DNA from: an uncultured Candidatus Saccharibacteria bacterium
Lineage (GTDB): Bacteria > Patescibacteriota > Minisyncoccia > Phycocordibacterales > UBA9973
DNA length: 64,000 nucleotides
Direction: 5' to 3'
NCBI GenBank assembly: GCA_964625065.1
Contig: CAZUZL010000005.1
Span: 2,072-66,071 of the forward strand
The notes beneath the pieces are model-generated. The model was given only the letters and a program-made list of their open reading frames with translations, was not told the DNA's origin and did no database searches. Shown one piece after another: positions 26,427 through 36,461 of the stretch (within the stretch, counting starts at the first letter, position 1; every line of letters starts with the position of its first letter). The position numbers and the translations under genes are program-made.

Positions 26427-28292
26427 TTAATTGTTATTTTCTATTTCTGTATTTGTTTCGGTTAATTTCTTGTCTTTGTTAAAAAATGTATAAACAGGTT
26501 GTGTAACTAAAGCCCAGTTTGAAACTGATGCAAAACGTTCTTTAGGTGAACTAATGTTTGTTGTTGCGTAGCCAGTTAGGTTTTTGTTTGTAATGTATAT
26601 GTACGAAGGGCTGTATAGGAATATGGCTGGCATGTCTTTGACTAATGTTGTAATGGTCTGGTCTACAAGTTCTGACTGTATTTCTGGATCTGTTTCTGTA
26701 AGTAATGATTCTAAGAATTTGTCGACATTTTTGTCAGCGTATTCGGTTATGTTTAGACCAGGGTCTTTGCGTTGGCTAGAATGCCAGAATGCATACATGT
26801 CAGTAGGGGTACTAACAGACTGTGCGTATAGTAGTACTTCAAAATTTCTGTTTCTGATTACGTCGTTATGTAGTGTGCTTTGGTCTATGTAGTTTATAGA
26901 AACGTTTATACCAATGTCGTGTAGTTGTGTTTGTATAAGTTCTGCAACTTGGCGTAGTTCAGGTGTGTCTAGTGTTGTAACTGTAAACGAAGCTTCTGTT
27001 GGTGTGCCTGCTACAGACACTGTTTTAGAAACTACTTTTTTAGTTGTTTTTTTACCAACTTTTACAGACACTGTTTCCTGTACTGTTTTACTAGTAACCT
27101 GTGGGTGTTCGTAAACACCTGAAACGTTTTTCTTCCAACCTGCGTTTTCTAGTATTGCCAACCCTTTTTCTATTTCAATGTTTCTGTCTATTTCTAGTGG
27201 GCTAACTATAGAAGTCGGAACTGGTAAATTTGTAGCTTGTCCGTGGCCATATAGTGCGTCTTTTACTATTTGCTCGCGGTTTATTAGTAGGTCTAATGCA
27301 CGTATAACATGTGGGTCAGAAAAAACACTAGACTTGTTTTTGTTTATAAAAAGTCCGAACACTCGTGTAAATGTATTGTCGTATATTTCGTGGCTGTTTT
27401 TACTTGCTGAAACTGCTTTTGGGTTTACACCACCGGCTTGGTCTACTACACCACCAGTTAGTGCGTTTTCTAGGCCTGTTTCGTTTTCATAGAAAGACAA
27501 AACTATCTTAGAAATGTTCGGTGTTCTGTTTGGGTTTTTTGTGTTTCTGTTTAGTACTATTTCGTTTATAGCACCGTTTGTATCCAAGGTTTTTTTAGAT
27601 ATTTTGTATGGTCCGGTTCCAACAGATGCAATAGTGTATGCATTGGGTTGTAGTTGTTCTGGTGCAGTGTTACCCCAAATGTGTTCGGGTACTATACCTG
27701 TAGTTGCAAGTTCTAAGAAACGTGAAAAAGGTCTTTTGAGTTTAAACACAACTGTGTTTCCGTCTGGGGCAGTTACTGTTATACCTTCCCATAGTATTTT
27801 CTTAGGGCTTTTTGTTGCTGGGTTTTGTATTGTTTGTATTGTGTAAACTACGTCTTTTGATGTAACAGCTGTTCCGTCTGAAAAACGCATTTTAGGCGCT
27901 ATTGTAAATGTATAGGTAAGTTCGTCGTTAGACACAGTGTAGTTCTGCGCAATGTCAGGTGTAAAACTACCATCGGCTTCCTTATGTATTAAACCTGAAT
28001 ATACCAAACTAGAAATGTCGCGGTCTGCGTCGCTAAGTGCAAACACTGGGTTTATCTGGGCAGGTTTACCTATAATACCTTCACGTAATGTGCCACCAAC
28101 GTCTGGTACAAATGTAACAAAATTGTAGTTAATGCGTAAAAGTATAGTAAAAACAGAAAGTATAAATACAGCAACTAATGCGCCGTAACCTAACCATTGT
28201 TTTAAAGAAAAGCTTTGAACTGCTACCCGAAGTTCTTCACGTGATGCAAAAATGTTGCGGGGTTTTTTTAAGAAGCGAAGTATGTTTTCCAT
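26427..28292 (-). CDS. ABC transporter substrate-binding protein, family 5 (OppA/DppA-like); no cognate permease in the window
   Basis: N-terminal TM or signal segment. The length and motifs (GTGPYKISK..., ...VLNRN...) fit SBP_bac_5. Confidence 0.75.
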   Translation of the reverse strand: MENILRFLKKPRNIFASREELRVAVQSFSLKQWLGYGALVAVFILSVFTILLRINYNFVTFVPDVGGTLREGIIGKPAQINPVFALSDADRDISSLVYSGLIHKEADGSFTPDIAQNYTVSNDELTYTFTIAPKMRFSDGTAVTSKDVVYTIQTIQNPATKSPKKILWEGITVTAPDGNTVVFKLKRPFSRFLELATTGIVPEHIWGNTAPEQLQPNAYTIASVGTGPYKISKKTLDTNGAINEIVLNRNTKNPNRTPNISKIVLSFYENETGLENALTGGVVDQAGGVNPKAVSASKNSHEIYDNTFTRVFGLFINKNKSSVFSDPHVIRALDLLINREQIVKDALYGHGQATNLPVPTSIVSPLEIDRNIEIEKGLAILENAGWKKNVSGVYEHPQVTSKTVQETVSVKVGKKTTKKVVSKTVSVAGTPTEASFTVTTLDTPELRQVAELIQTQLHDIGINVSINYIDQSTLHNDVIRNRNFEVLLYAQSVSTPTDMYAFWHSSQRKDPGLNITEYADKNVDKFLESLLTETDPEIQSELVDQTITTLVKDMPAIFLYSPSYIYITNKNLTGYATTNISSPKERFASVSNWALVTQPVYTFFNKDKKLTETNTEIENNN

Positions 28293-28403
28293 ATAATAAG
28301 AAACTAAAAGTTTATAACATAATAGTTAGAATGATTAATGTACAGGTAAAAATACCCATATATGAGAAGAGTATAAGCAATTTAACTTAAAACCAAACGT
28401 GAT

Positions 28404-28640
28404 TTATTTCGGAAATACAAGTGTAAGTATAGTACTAACAACGAAAATAATAGCAACAACCATTGTTGTTACAAATAGTACTTTTTCAAATCCGCGACGT
28501 GTGGTGTGGATTGAACTTGCTTCGCCACCACCAAAAGCACTACCAGCACTGGCGCCAGTTTGTTGGAGTAGGATAGAAAGTATAAGGATACAAGAAGTCG
28601 TTATCTGGATCCACGGTAAGAGAGATTGCATAATTCCCAT
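28404..28640 (-). CDS. secG: Preprotein translocase subunit SecG (start trimmed to an internal Met; the ORF extends to 28700)
   Basis: ILLQQTGASAGSAFGGGEASSIHTTRRGFEKVLFVTTMVVAIIFVVS matches the SecG signature of a gly-rich loop between 2 TM segments. Confidence 0.7.
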   Translation of the reverse strand: MGIMQSLLPWIQITTSCILILSILLQQTGASAGSAFGGGEASSIHTTRRGFEKVLFVTTMVVAIIFVVSTILTLVFPK

Positions 28641-28738
28641 ACCAACTATAGTAGCATATGGGGCCAATATGTGCAAACTACCATGTTGCTTTAATTCCAA
28701 AATTGCCTCATTATATATATGTGATAGAAAAATATCTT

Positions 28739-29506
28739 ATGAATTATGATGAATACAACAGTAGTCGTCATACAGCGCCGTATTCATATATTTATACTCA
28801 TAATGGGCAGTATATTTATTATATGGGGGTTAGCCATTCTGCTGATCCTAAAAATCCAATGTACGACACAATACGTGCTTTTTGGCAGGACTTTCTAAGT
28901 CATGCGGACAAAGATAAAGCGATTGTTTTTATAGAAGGTGGTGACTGGCCAATGTCAGAATCAGAAGAACAGGCAATATTAAAAGGTGGGGATAGTCAGT
29001 TTACAAAATATATAGCAACACGTGATGTCGTAGAAACATTTTCGCCAGAACCACCAGATGAGGAAAAATTTAAATACTTTTTACAGCATTTTACTAAAGA
29101 CGAAATAGTTTATTACGAATTTGCCCGCATGGCCCACCAGTGGAACAAACTTCTTGAAAAGCCTGATTTTGATGTTTATATAGAAGGTATTTTCCAGTCA
29201 GTAAAAAGGAGTACTCAGTGGACAGATTTCGATTTCTCAATAAATCACATGGCCGAAATTGAAAACCAGTTATTTGGTCGTGATTTTGACAAAAATGACA
29301 GAGATTTTTACAACCACATCATAAACCCAACTATTCCGGCAACTAGTCGTATTAACGAATTGTCACGTTTCGAAGATAGTGGCTACAGAGACAGATATAT
29401 ATTAGGCCAAATAGAAAAATACTGGCACGAAGGTAAAAACATGTTTATTGTCTATGGCTATACCCATGCTATTATGCAGGAACCCGCAATACGAAAATTG
29501 GATTAA
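28739..29506 (+). CDS. Hypothetical protein, possibly TraB/GumN-family-like
   Basis: The ATG at 28739 (MNYDEY) is preferred over the GTG at 28658. YYMGVSHS and FIVYGYTHA weakly recall the TraB/GumN signature. Confidence 0.35.
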   Translation: MNYDEYNSSRHTAPYSYIYTHNGQYIYYMGVSHSADPKNPMYDTIRAFWQDFLSHADKDKAIVFIEGGDWPMSESEEQAILKGGDSQFTKYIATRDVVETFSPEPPDEEKFKYFLQHFTKDEIVYYEFARMAHQWNKLLEKPDFDVYIEGIFQSVKRSTQWTDFDFSINHMAEIENQLFGRDFDKNDRDFYNHIINPTIPATSRINELSRFEDSGYRDRYILGQIEKYWHEGKNMFIVYGYTHAIMQEPAIRKLD

Positions 29507-29593
29507 ACACTATATAATACAAGTCCTTAAAGTGGTATTTTAGTTATACACATCTGTTTTGATTGCAGTCTAAAATGGTGTATAATAGTGGGT

Positions 29594-29926
29594 ATGAGTC
29601 GGAAGATGATAAAAAACGCCAGCTACTATTCAATAACACTGTGTTTGACAGTGATGTTGTTATGCTCGGGCGCATTTGCTGCCCAGGCGCGTGTTGTGCG
29701 TGAAGTATCTAATACCAACGAATCTACCATGGCAGTTGGTGGTACATGTTCTACCAGTACCGTTATAACCAATGCTGACCGTAACACCATTTCTGCACTA
29801 TTAGTAGGTACCACCATAACCCAACCAATACCTAGTACCGAAACCGTAATATGTTCTGGAACCACACCACTACTGTCTGTTGCATCTAGTTCCGAACGTA
29901 CGCGTGCACCCCCTGTAAATGCCTAA
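29594..29926 (+). CDS. Small secreted Thr/Ser-rich Cys-containing protein (signal peptide plus ~80-aa mature part)
   Basis: Signal peptide MIKNASYYSITLCLTVMLLCSGAFAAQA. TATAAT at 29581-29586 lies 7 nt before the ATG (leaderless pattern). Confidence 0.4.
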   Translation: MSRKMIKNASYYSITLCLTVMLLCSGAFAAQARVVREVSNTNESTMAVGGTCSTSTVITNADRNTISALLVGTTITQPIPSTETVICSGTTPLLSVASSSERTRAPPVNA

Positions 29927-30036
29927 AGGGCATACATACATAGCGTCGGCTATAATCCGACTGGTGGCGGCCTAAAGTAGTATTATGAGTGCTACTGTAG
30001 ACAAATCTACTCTTAAGAAAAATATTTTAAAAAACT

Positions 30037-30073
30037 CTTCAAGCTCCACTTGAGGAGTTTTTTGATTTATAGT
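30037..30073 (+). terminator. Rho-independent terminator
   Basis: aactcttcaagctccacttgaggagttttttg. Confidence 0.5.
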
Positions 30074-30149
30074 AAGTTTGTTCTTAGATAAATAGCATTG
30101 CTTTTTTTTGTTATCTATGGTATAAATTATATAGCAATTATTTTTGTAC

Positions 30150-30941
30150 ATGAGTTTAAATATATACATCCGTTCAGTATTATGTATCGTAATACTATTT
30201 TTGTGGCCCTTTTTTGGAAAAGGACAAACTTCTAATATTTACAGCTATAATCCAGGTGAACATGGTTTCAATGATGGTTTAATGCTGTATACATCTATTT
30301 TCCCATCGAATAGTGATACTTTGATCTTTCACAGTAATCAATTTGTTACTCCGCTTGAAGAAAATGACATTAATGGAATACCAGGATCCTCGCCTTTACG
30401 CGGGATTCGGTGGGACATAAAAGCAGTGTCTATGTATTCTGATACGCAAAAGGTAAACTTTTTGTTTAGCTTTTGGGACATGAGAACACCTTCATACAAC
30501 CCTAATCCTTCGGGCTTGTATTATTTGGTGCATAGAACTAGAGGTTCAGAAGTAGGCACAAAGTGGATATTAGAGGACTCAGTGTATGGGTACTCTGTTG
30601 ATTCAGTAGTGTTTAGAAATGTAAGTATTCCTCCAGGCGATCAGGAATGGACCATTGCTTCACCTTCAAGTGAATCCATTCTTCCTCCTCCGATGTGCCG
30701 TACTTTATCTGTATCATTAAATGAATCAAGAGATACATGTATTGTCGAGGTTATTCTTGCTACTTCAAATACTATTAAAGTAAAGATGAGTATAAACGAC
30801 GGAAGAGCTTATTCTCGCAAGTATCATTTTGAAAGAGGTATAAATTATATAAAAATACCTATACGTCGCGATGATTTTCAAAATATACATGTGGTTGTAG
30901 ATCAAAAGTTTGGTGCGCACTACGAACAGTGGATGAATTAA
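30150..30941 (+). CDS. Hypothetical secreted protein in an AT-rich singleton island
   Basis: Signal peptide MSLNIYIRSVLCIVILFLWPFFGKGQT. Local GC is about 35%, against roughly 42-45% in the housekeeping genes (estimated by eye, not computed). Confidence 0.45.
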   Translation: MSLNIYIRSVLCIVILFLWPFFGKGQTSNIYSYNPGEHGFNDGLMLYTSIFPSNSDTLIFHSNQFVTPLEENDINGIPGSSPLRGIRWDIKAVSMYSDTQKVNFLFSFWDMRTPSYNPNPSGLYYLVHRTRGSEVGTKWILEDSVYGYSVDSVVFRNVSIPPGDQEWTIASPSSESILPPPMCRTLSVSLNESRDTCIVEVILATSNTIKVKMSINDGRAYSRKYHFERGINYIKIPIRRDDFQNIHVVVDQKFGAHYEQWMN

Positions 30942-31015
30942 TTATATCTAGATGATATTTTGAAGCCCGCCATTATTAAATGGCGGGTTTTGTATTTTAT
31001 GTTATAGTTCTTTGT

Positions 31016-31771
31016 ATGAACGAAGAATACATATACGGCCAACACCCGATAGAAGAAGTGCTAACACGCGACCCTGGTCGTGTAGAAAAGGTGTATTTTA
31101 AAGACGGTATAAGTCGTGAAAAAACAAACGACCTTATAACAATGCTACAGAAAAACAAAATACCTTTTTCTTATGTGCCTGAAGCTCAGCTAAACCGTAT
31201 GGTCCGCGATGGCAACACACAGGGTATGGTAGCTACTATACGACCAGTGGCAATGTTAGACTTTGCAACTTGGGCCAAGTCTATGCACCATGCCGGTTCT
31301 TTTACAGACAAACCTGTTTGTGTTGTATTGTTCGACGAACTACAAGACCCGTTTAATGTAGGCGCTATTATACGTAGTGGTACGGCTTTTGGTGTAACTG
31401 CATTTTTGTTTCCAAAACATAACCAAGTTGGCATAACCTCAACAGTTATGAAGGCTGCTGCTGGAACTGCAGGCGTAGTGCCACTTGTTTCTATAGGTAA
31501 TGTAAACACAACAGTGCGCGCACTGAAGGAATACGGTTTCTGGGTATATGGTTTATCTGAAAAAGGCGACACATTGTTAAGTAAAGAAGACTTTCCAAGG
31601 CCAACATGTATAGTGGTAGGTAACGAAGACGTGGGTATACGTGCAAAAACTTTTGAACTTTGCGACACAACACTTTCTATACCAATGGACAACAATGTAG
31701 ATTCGTTAAACGTTTCAGTTTCAACTGCATTGGCACTATACGAATGGAAAACAAAAACTAATACACAGTAA
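31016..31771 (+). CDS. rlmB: TrmH/SpoU-family rRNA 2'-O-methyltransferase (RlmB-like)
   Basis: N-terminal YGQHPIEEVL (RlmB substrate-binding domain) and SpoU motifs VLFDELQDPFNVGAIIRSG and VVGNEDVGI. Confidence 0.85.
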   Translation: MNEEYIYGQHPIEEVLTRDPGRVEKVYFKDGISREKTNDLITMLQKNKIPFSYVPEAQLNRMVRDGNTQGMVATIRPVAMLDFATWAKSMHHAGSFTDKPVCVVLFDELQDPFNVGAIIRSGTAFGVTAFLFPKHNQVGITSTVMKAAAGTAGVVPLVSIGNVNTTVRALKEYGFWVYGLSEKGDTLLSKEDFPRPTCIVVGNEDVGIRAKTFELCDTTLSIPMDNNVDSLNVSVSTALALYEWKTKTNTQ

Positions 31772-31821
31772 TTATTTATTTTTCTTCATATTCGATTAAG
31801 TATCTGATATAATAAAATGTA

Positions 31822-34146
31822 ATGGACGACCCTATTACATATTTTGGTACAACAGACTACCGCAACAGGCAGGTGAAGTTTGGTATTAAAGCAAAAGACA
31901 GAACGAAACATTTATATGTTATCGGTAAATCTGGTATGGGTAAATCTACATTGCTGGAAAACATGGCAGTGCAAGACATTCAGAACGGCGAAGGTGTAAC
32001 CATTATAGACCCACACGGTTCGATGGTAGACAAAATGTTAGAATACATACCTGAACACCGCATAAACGATGTTATTTATTTTGCACCTTTCGACCTTGAA
32101 AACCCAATTGCATTTAACATAATGGAAAACGTTGGTGCTGACAAACGCCACCTAGTTGCCAGTGGTTTGATGTCTATATTTAAAAAAATATGGGAAGACG
32201 CATGGTCTGCCCGTATGGAATATATTTTAAACAACACCATATTGGCACTACTAGAATACCCCGGTTCAACATTGATGGGTGTTAACAAAATGCTTTCAGA
32301 CAAAGTTTACCGTAAAAAAGTTGTAGACAATGTTACAGACCCATCCGTTAAATCTTTCTGGGTAGACGAATTTGCAAAATGGACAGAACGTATGGCTGCC
32401 GAATCTGTGCCGGCTATTCAAAACAAAATTGGTCAGTTTACTGGTAACCCGATAATACGTAACATTGTTGGGCAGGCTAAATCTTCTTTTGATATTCGTG
32501 AAGTTATGGATAAGAAGAAAATACTTCTGATCAACCTTTCTAAGGGGCGCATTGGTGAACAAAACGCATCACTATTAGGTGGTATGCTTATTACCAAGGT
32601 TTACCTTGGTGCCATGTCGCGTGCAGATGTACCTGCGTCTGTTATGCACGTGCTACCTTCGCACTATTTCTATGTGGACGAATTCCAGTCTTTTGCATCA
32701 GATTCTTTTGCCGACATTTTGTCTGAAGCCCGTAAATATAAACTATGTCTAAACATAGCCCACCAGTATGTAGCACAAATGACAGAAAACGTACGTGACG
32801 CAGTTGTGGGTAACGTTGGTACCATGATTATATTCCGCATTGGTTCTGCTGATGCTGAAATGTTTGAAAAAGAATTTATGCCAGTGTTTACTGCCGAGGA
32901 TATTGTAAACTTGGATTTTGCACAGATGTATTTGCGTATGACCATAGACGGCATAGCATCAAAACCTTTTTCAGGTACAAGTTTGCCACCTATAGCGCCA
33001 CCCGTTATATCTTTCCGTGAAGAAGTAATGCGTGCTTCACGTCGTAACTTTGCTAACAATAGAACAGAAGTAGAAGCTGTAATTGCCAAAGAACTAGCAA
33101 CCGAAGAACCTGAACGTCGTCCCCGCCCGAACGACGGTTCAGTCGGGCAGGCCAAAACTGACACACCACGCCCTGATGGTACTGCACCAGCAGGTAGTTA
33201 TACAAAACCTGCATACAACAACGGTCCAGCAAAACCAACAACTGGTTACCAGGGTAATAACCCTAAACCATATAATGCTGACAAACCCGCATACCAGGGT
33301 GGTTCAAACGTGTCTGCACCGATTTCTAAAACTCAAACAACTACTACAGTTACAACAAACACAACAAGTGCTTCTGAAAAACCTGTATATAACAAACCCG
33401 CTTTTGTTAAACCAGTAAAGCCAACAATAAACCTAGGCGAGGCTATTAAAAAAAGTTTAGAAAATGTAGATGTGCCTGAAAAAGAAATTGTTGATGCATC
33501 TAAAAAACAACAACCTGCTAATGTTTCTAATACTGAAAATAAAAATGTACCTACAATAGGGCACCACAAACCACAACCATTTAAAAAACCTGATGTAACT
33601 ATTGCCGACAAACAAATTGAAAAAAACAAAACAGATGAAGTTAAACAAACAGGGCATAGTTCTATATTAAAAAACATACTTATTGAACTAGAACACAGTA
33701 TAGAAGAAAACATTGCCCCACATGTAAACCCTGAAAACGACAAAGTTGTTCTAAACCACCACAGTGCACCAACAGTGCAAAATACAGAAGCCACCACTAA
33801 AAAAGATTACGTTGAACTTAAAACCATACCTACTACCATAGCCCAACCAGCTAGTACCACAACTAAACCTGCACCAAGTAAAAACGAAGAATCGTTAGCT
33901 GCATTACGTGCCGCACTGTCCAATATACCTACACCTTCTACACCAGCAAAACCAAGTTTTGAAACTAAAAAAGTTTTTAAACCAATTTCAGGTAGTGCCC
34001 CTGCGCAACAGCCACTGCAAAATTCTAGTACTGGTACGCAAGTAAATAATGTGTCTGAGCCTAAAAACCCAGAACCAGCAACTGAACCAAAACAAGTTCA
34101 AGAAGTACCAGAAGATGTTTTGAAGAAAGTACTAGAAACTGAATAA
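31822..34146 (+). CDS. TraD/TraG/VirD4-like coupling-protein-family ATPase with a ~350-aa low-complexity Thr/Pro/Lys-rich C-terminal tail
   Basis: Walker A VIGKSGMGKST, Walker B HYFYVDEFQSF. The motif ARKYKLCLNIAHQYVAQM...VGNVGTMIIFRIG resembles the VirD4/TrwB RKYG...QS.AQL block. No other T4SS genes are nearby. Confidence 0.55.
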   Translation: MDDPITYFGTTDYRNRQVKFGIKAKDRTKHLYVIGKSGMGKSTLLENMAVQDIQNGEGVTIIDPHGSMVDKMLEYIPEHRINDVIYFAPFDLENPIAFNIMENVGADKRHLVASGLMSIFKKIWEDAWSARMEYILNNTILALLEYPGSTLMGVNKMLSDKVYRKKVVDNVTDPSVKSFWVDEFAKWTERMAAESVPAIQNKIGQFTGNPIIRNIVGQAKSSFDIREVMDKKKILLINLSKGRIGEQNASLLGGMLITKVYLGAMSRADVPASVMHVLPSHYFYVDEFQSFASDSFADILSEARKYKLCLNIAHQYVAQMTENVRDAVVGNVGTMIIFRIGSADAEMFEKEFMPVFTAEDIVNLDFAQMYLRMTIDGIASKPFSGTSLPPIAPPVISFREEVMRASRRNFANNRTEVEAVIAKELATEEPERRPRPNDGSVGQAKTDTPRPDGTAPAGSYTKPAYNNGPAKPTTGYQGNNPKPYNADKPAYQGGSNVSAPISKTQTTTTVTTNTTSASEKPVYNKPAFVKPVKPTINLGEAIKKSLENVDVPEKEIVDASKKQQPANVSNTENKNVPTIGHHKPQPFKKPDVTIADKQIEKNKTDEVKQTGHSSILKNILIELEHSIEENIAPHVNPENDKVVLNHHSAPTVQNTEATTKKDYVELKTIPTTIAQPASTTTKPAPSKNEESLAALRAALSNIPTPSTPAKPSFETKKVFKPISGSAPAQQPLQNSSTGTQVNNVSEPKNPEPATEPKQVQEVPEDVLKKVLETE

Positions 34147-34230
34147 TATAAAAAGGACAGTGTGTACTGTCCTTTTTATATATGTGTAAAAGTGCTTGAT
34201 GTGTCAAAAAACTAGTAGTAAAATAAAAGC

Positions 34231-35715
34231 ATGAAAACACACACATTCAAACGGGCGTGGTGGGTACGTGCGGTTTTTGGTTTTTGTTTAGTATTTTTAT
34301 TCTTAAATATAAATAAGGTTTATGCAGATGTTTATATAAACGAAGTTGCTTGGATGGGTACAACAGTTTCGTATCTAAACGAATGGATAGAGTTATATAA
34401 CGACGGGGTAAACGACGTAGATCTAGACGGCTGGGTTATAGTTTCCGACGACGGAAGCCCAAATATAACAATTAGCAGTGCAACAAACAGTGTTGTTGGT
34501 GCAAAAAAATACTACCTAATAGAACGCACAGACGACACAACCGTGCCTGATGTTACAGCAGACTTTGTGGCGGCGTTCGGTAGTGGTTTGTCTAACAGTG
34601 GTGAGGCTTTATTACTAAAAAAACCAGACGGTGCAATAGTTGAAACTTTAGATTTTAAATCTGGTTGGCCAGCAGGCGACAACACTACAAAACAAACAAT
34701 GCAACGTGTAGGCAGTGCCTGGGTTACGGCTACACCAACACCACGCGCGGTAAATGCTGGTGCTGTAGTTCAAACAGCTGGTGGAACCGGCGGTGGCACG
34801 GGTAGTACAGTAAATGTAACAGCAAGTTCTGACACCACTAAAAAAGAAGTAGTACCACCTAAGCCTAAGATTTCTATTATTTCTAGTAAAACAATATTAA
34901 CAAATGTGTCAGCTAGTTTCGACGCATTGTATACAAATTCTAGTAATGTAAATGTATTAAGTGGGTATTTTGTATGGAGCATGGGTGACGGTACAACATA
35001 CACATTTACCCAACAAAAAAAGTTTACACATATATACCAGTACCCAGGCGACTACACTGTTAGTGTGGCGTATTTTTATAACAGCTGGTCAGAAGACCCA
35101 ATAATAGAAACAAACACTGTTGTGCATGTTGGTAACGCAGGCGTCAGTGTTAGTGCACAGGGTACAGATGGAACAATATTGGTTAAAAACAGCACAGACC
35201 AAGACATAAACATATCTAAGTGGCAAATATACGAAGGTTCTAACGTATATAGTTTTCCATACGGTATGGTTGTGTTGGCAAATAAAAGTATTGTTATACC
35301 AGCACATGTAACTGGTTTTAATGGTTTACAAAACCCAACACTGTACTACCCAAGTGGGTTGGCATATGCAAATTCGAATGCAAATAATTTTGCAAATCAA
35401 TCTACACCTGTAATAAAAAATATTACTAAAAACAACATACCTAATACTAATGCAAACATAGTATATAAAACTTATAACCCACAAACTGCTATAGGTAGTT
35501 CTGTGCTAGAAACAACAAATACACAAATATTAAATTCAGAAAACCCTGTTCCGTTGTTTGCTAATGCACTAGGTACAGTACAAACAAAAAACACCCGTCG
35601 GTGGGTATTTGTTGTTTTCGGTATTATTGTGTGTGGGTTGGGGTATTTGGCAATGAAGCTTTATCGTTCGAAACCGGATTCTGCAACTGAGTCTTTTCAT
35701 CTGGTTGACGAGTAG
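34231..35715 (+). CDS. Lamin-tail-domain (LTD) plus PKD-domain surface protein with a C-terminal TM anchor
   Basis: Signal peptide; the LTD signature VYINEVAWMGT...EWIELYNDG..VDLDGWVI; a PKD-like segment GDGTTYTF...HIYQYPGDYTVSV; and a C-terminal TM helix. Confidence 0.7.
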   Translation: MKTHTFKRAWWVRAVFGFCLVFLFLNINKVYADVYINEVAWMGTTVSYLNEWIELYNDGVNDVDLDGWVIVSDDGSPNITISSATNSVVGAKKYYLIERTDDTTVPDVTADFVAAFGSGLSNSGEALLLKKPDGAIVETLDFKSGWPAGDNTTKQTMQRVGSAWVTATPTPRAVNAGAVVQTAGGTGGGTGSTVNVTASSDTTKKEVVPPKPKISIISSKTILTNVSASFDALYTNSSNVNVLSGYFVWSMGDGTTYTFTQQKKFTHIYQYPGDYTVSVAYFYNSWSEDPIIETNTVVHVGNAGVSVSAQGTDGTILVKNSTDQDINISKWQIYEGSNVYSFPYGMVVLANKSIVIPAHVTGFNGLQNPTLYYPSGLAYANSNANNFANQSTPVIKNITKNNIPNTNANIVYKTYNPQTAIGSSVLETTNTQILNSENPVPLFANALGTVQTKNTRRWVFVVFGIIVCGLGYLAMKLYRSKPDSATESFHLVDE

Positions 35716-36448
35716 TAATATTGATATTATTTAAATCAGCTTCTAGCGCGTCGGCTTCGTCTTTTGTAGGGGCAGCTGCTGTAGTAACAGCGTCTTTAAC
35801 TTCAGAAGTTTTTAAAGTTAGTGCAATGTTAGTGTCTTTTATTATTTGTTTAGTTTCGTCACTTTTATTGTCGGCTAGTTCTGTTATTGTGGCTTGGCGG
35901 GTAGCAATGTCGTTTGTAATTTTAGTTGCAGTGGCAATAGCGTCTGTTACATCAGATTTAGCTACAGTGTTCTGTGCTTCGGTGTTTTCTGTTGTTACTT
36001 CTTTTTCTACATCTGCAACTGCACTGGCAACTTTGTCTAGGTGTGCGGCTAGTTGTTCTGTTACAACGGCTTGTTTTTCTGCTGTCATGGCACCTGTTTT
36101 AACTAATGTTTCTATTTCGTCGAAACGTGTCATAAGGCGTGTTTGTTGTTGAAGAAGTTTTTCTTTTGGTGTTTGGTTCGTCATGCTTTTTACTTCTTCT
36201 ATATGAAGTTTAACACTGTATAGTGTGTCGCCGGGTAGGGCTTTTTGTGCGCCGTATGTTATACCACCAGCGGTAAGTAGTAACATAGACATTGCTGCAC
36301 TAGCGGTTTTAACATACCAAGACATGCCAAGTGGCGAACGAACAAATGCAGGGTTCTGCATGGTGTTCGAATGTAGGTATGCACGCATTTGGCGTATTTC
36401 GCCATCTGTCATGTTTGGTGTATTTAGTTTATTAAAAATTTGTTTCAT
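35624..36448 (-). CDS. Putative membrane-anchored anti-sigma factor (DUF5667-like, coiled-coil/Ala-Thr-rich ectodomain)
   Basis: Lies immediately downstream of, and overlapping, the ECF sigma gene. Single TM segment (MSMLLLTAGGITYG) and a long helical A/T/E-rich extracytoplasmic region. Confidence 0.45.
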   Translation of the reverse strand: MKQIFNKLNTPNMTDGEIRQMRAYLHSNTMQNPAFVRSPLGMSWYVKTASAAMSMLLLTAGGITYGAQKALPGDTLYSVKLHIEEVKSMTNQTPKEKLLQQQTRLMTRFDEIETLVKTGAMTAEKQAVVTEQLAAHLDKVASAVADVEKEVTTENTEAQNTVAKSDVTDAIATATKITNDIATRQATITELADNKSDETKQIIKDTNIALTLKTSEVKDAVTTAAAPTKDEADALEADLNNINITTRQPDEKTQLQNPVSNDKASLPNTPTHTQ

Positions 36449-36461
36449 ATATTTTGTATTT

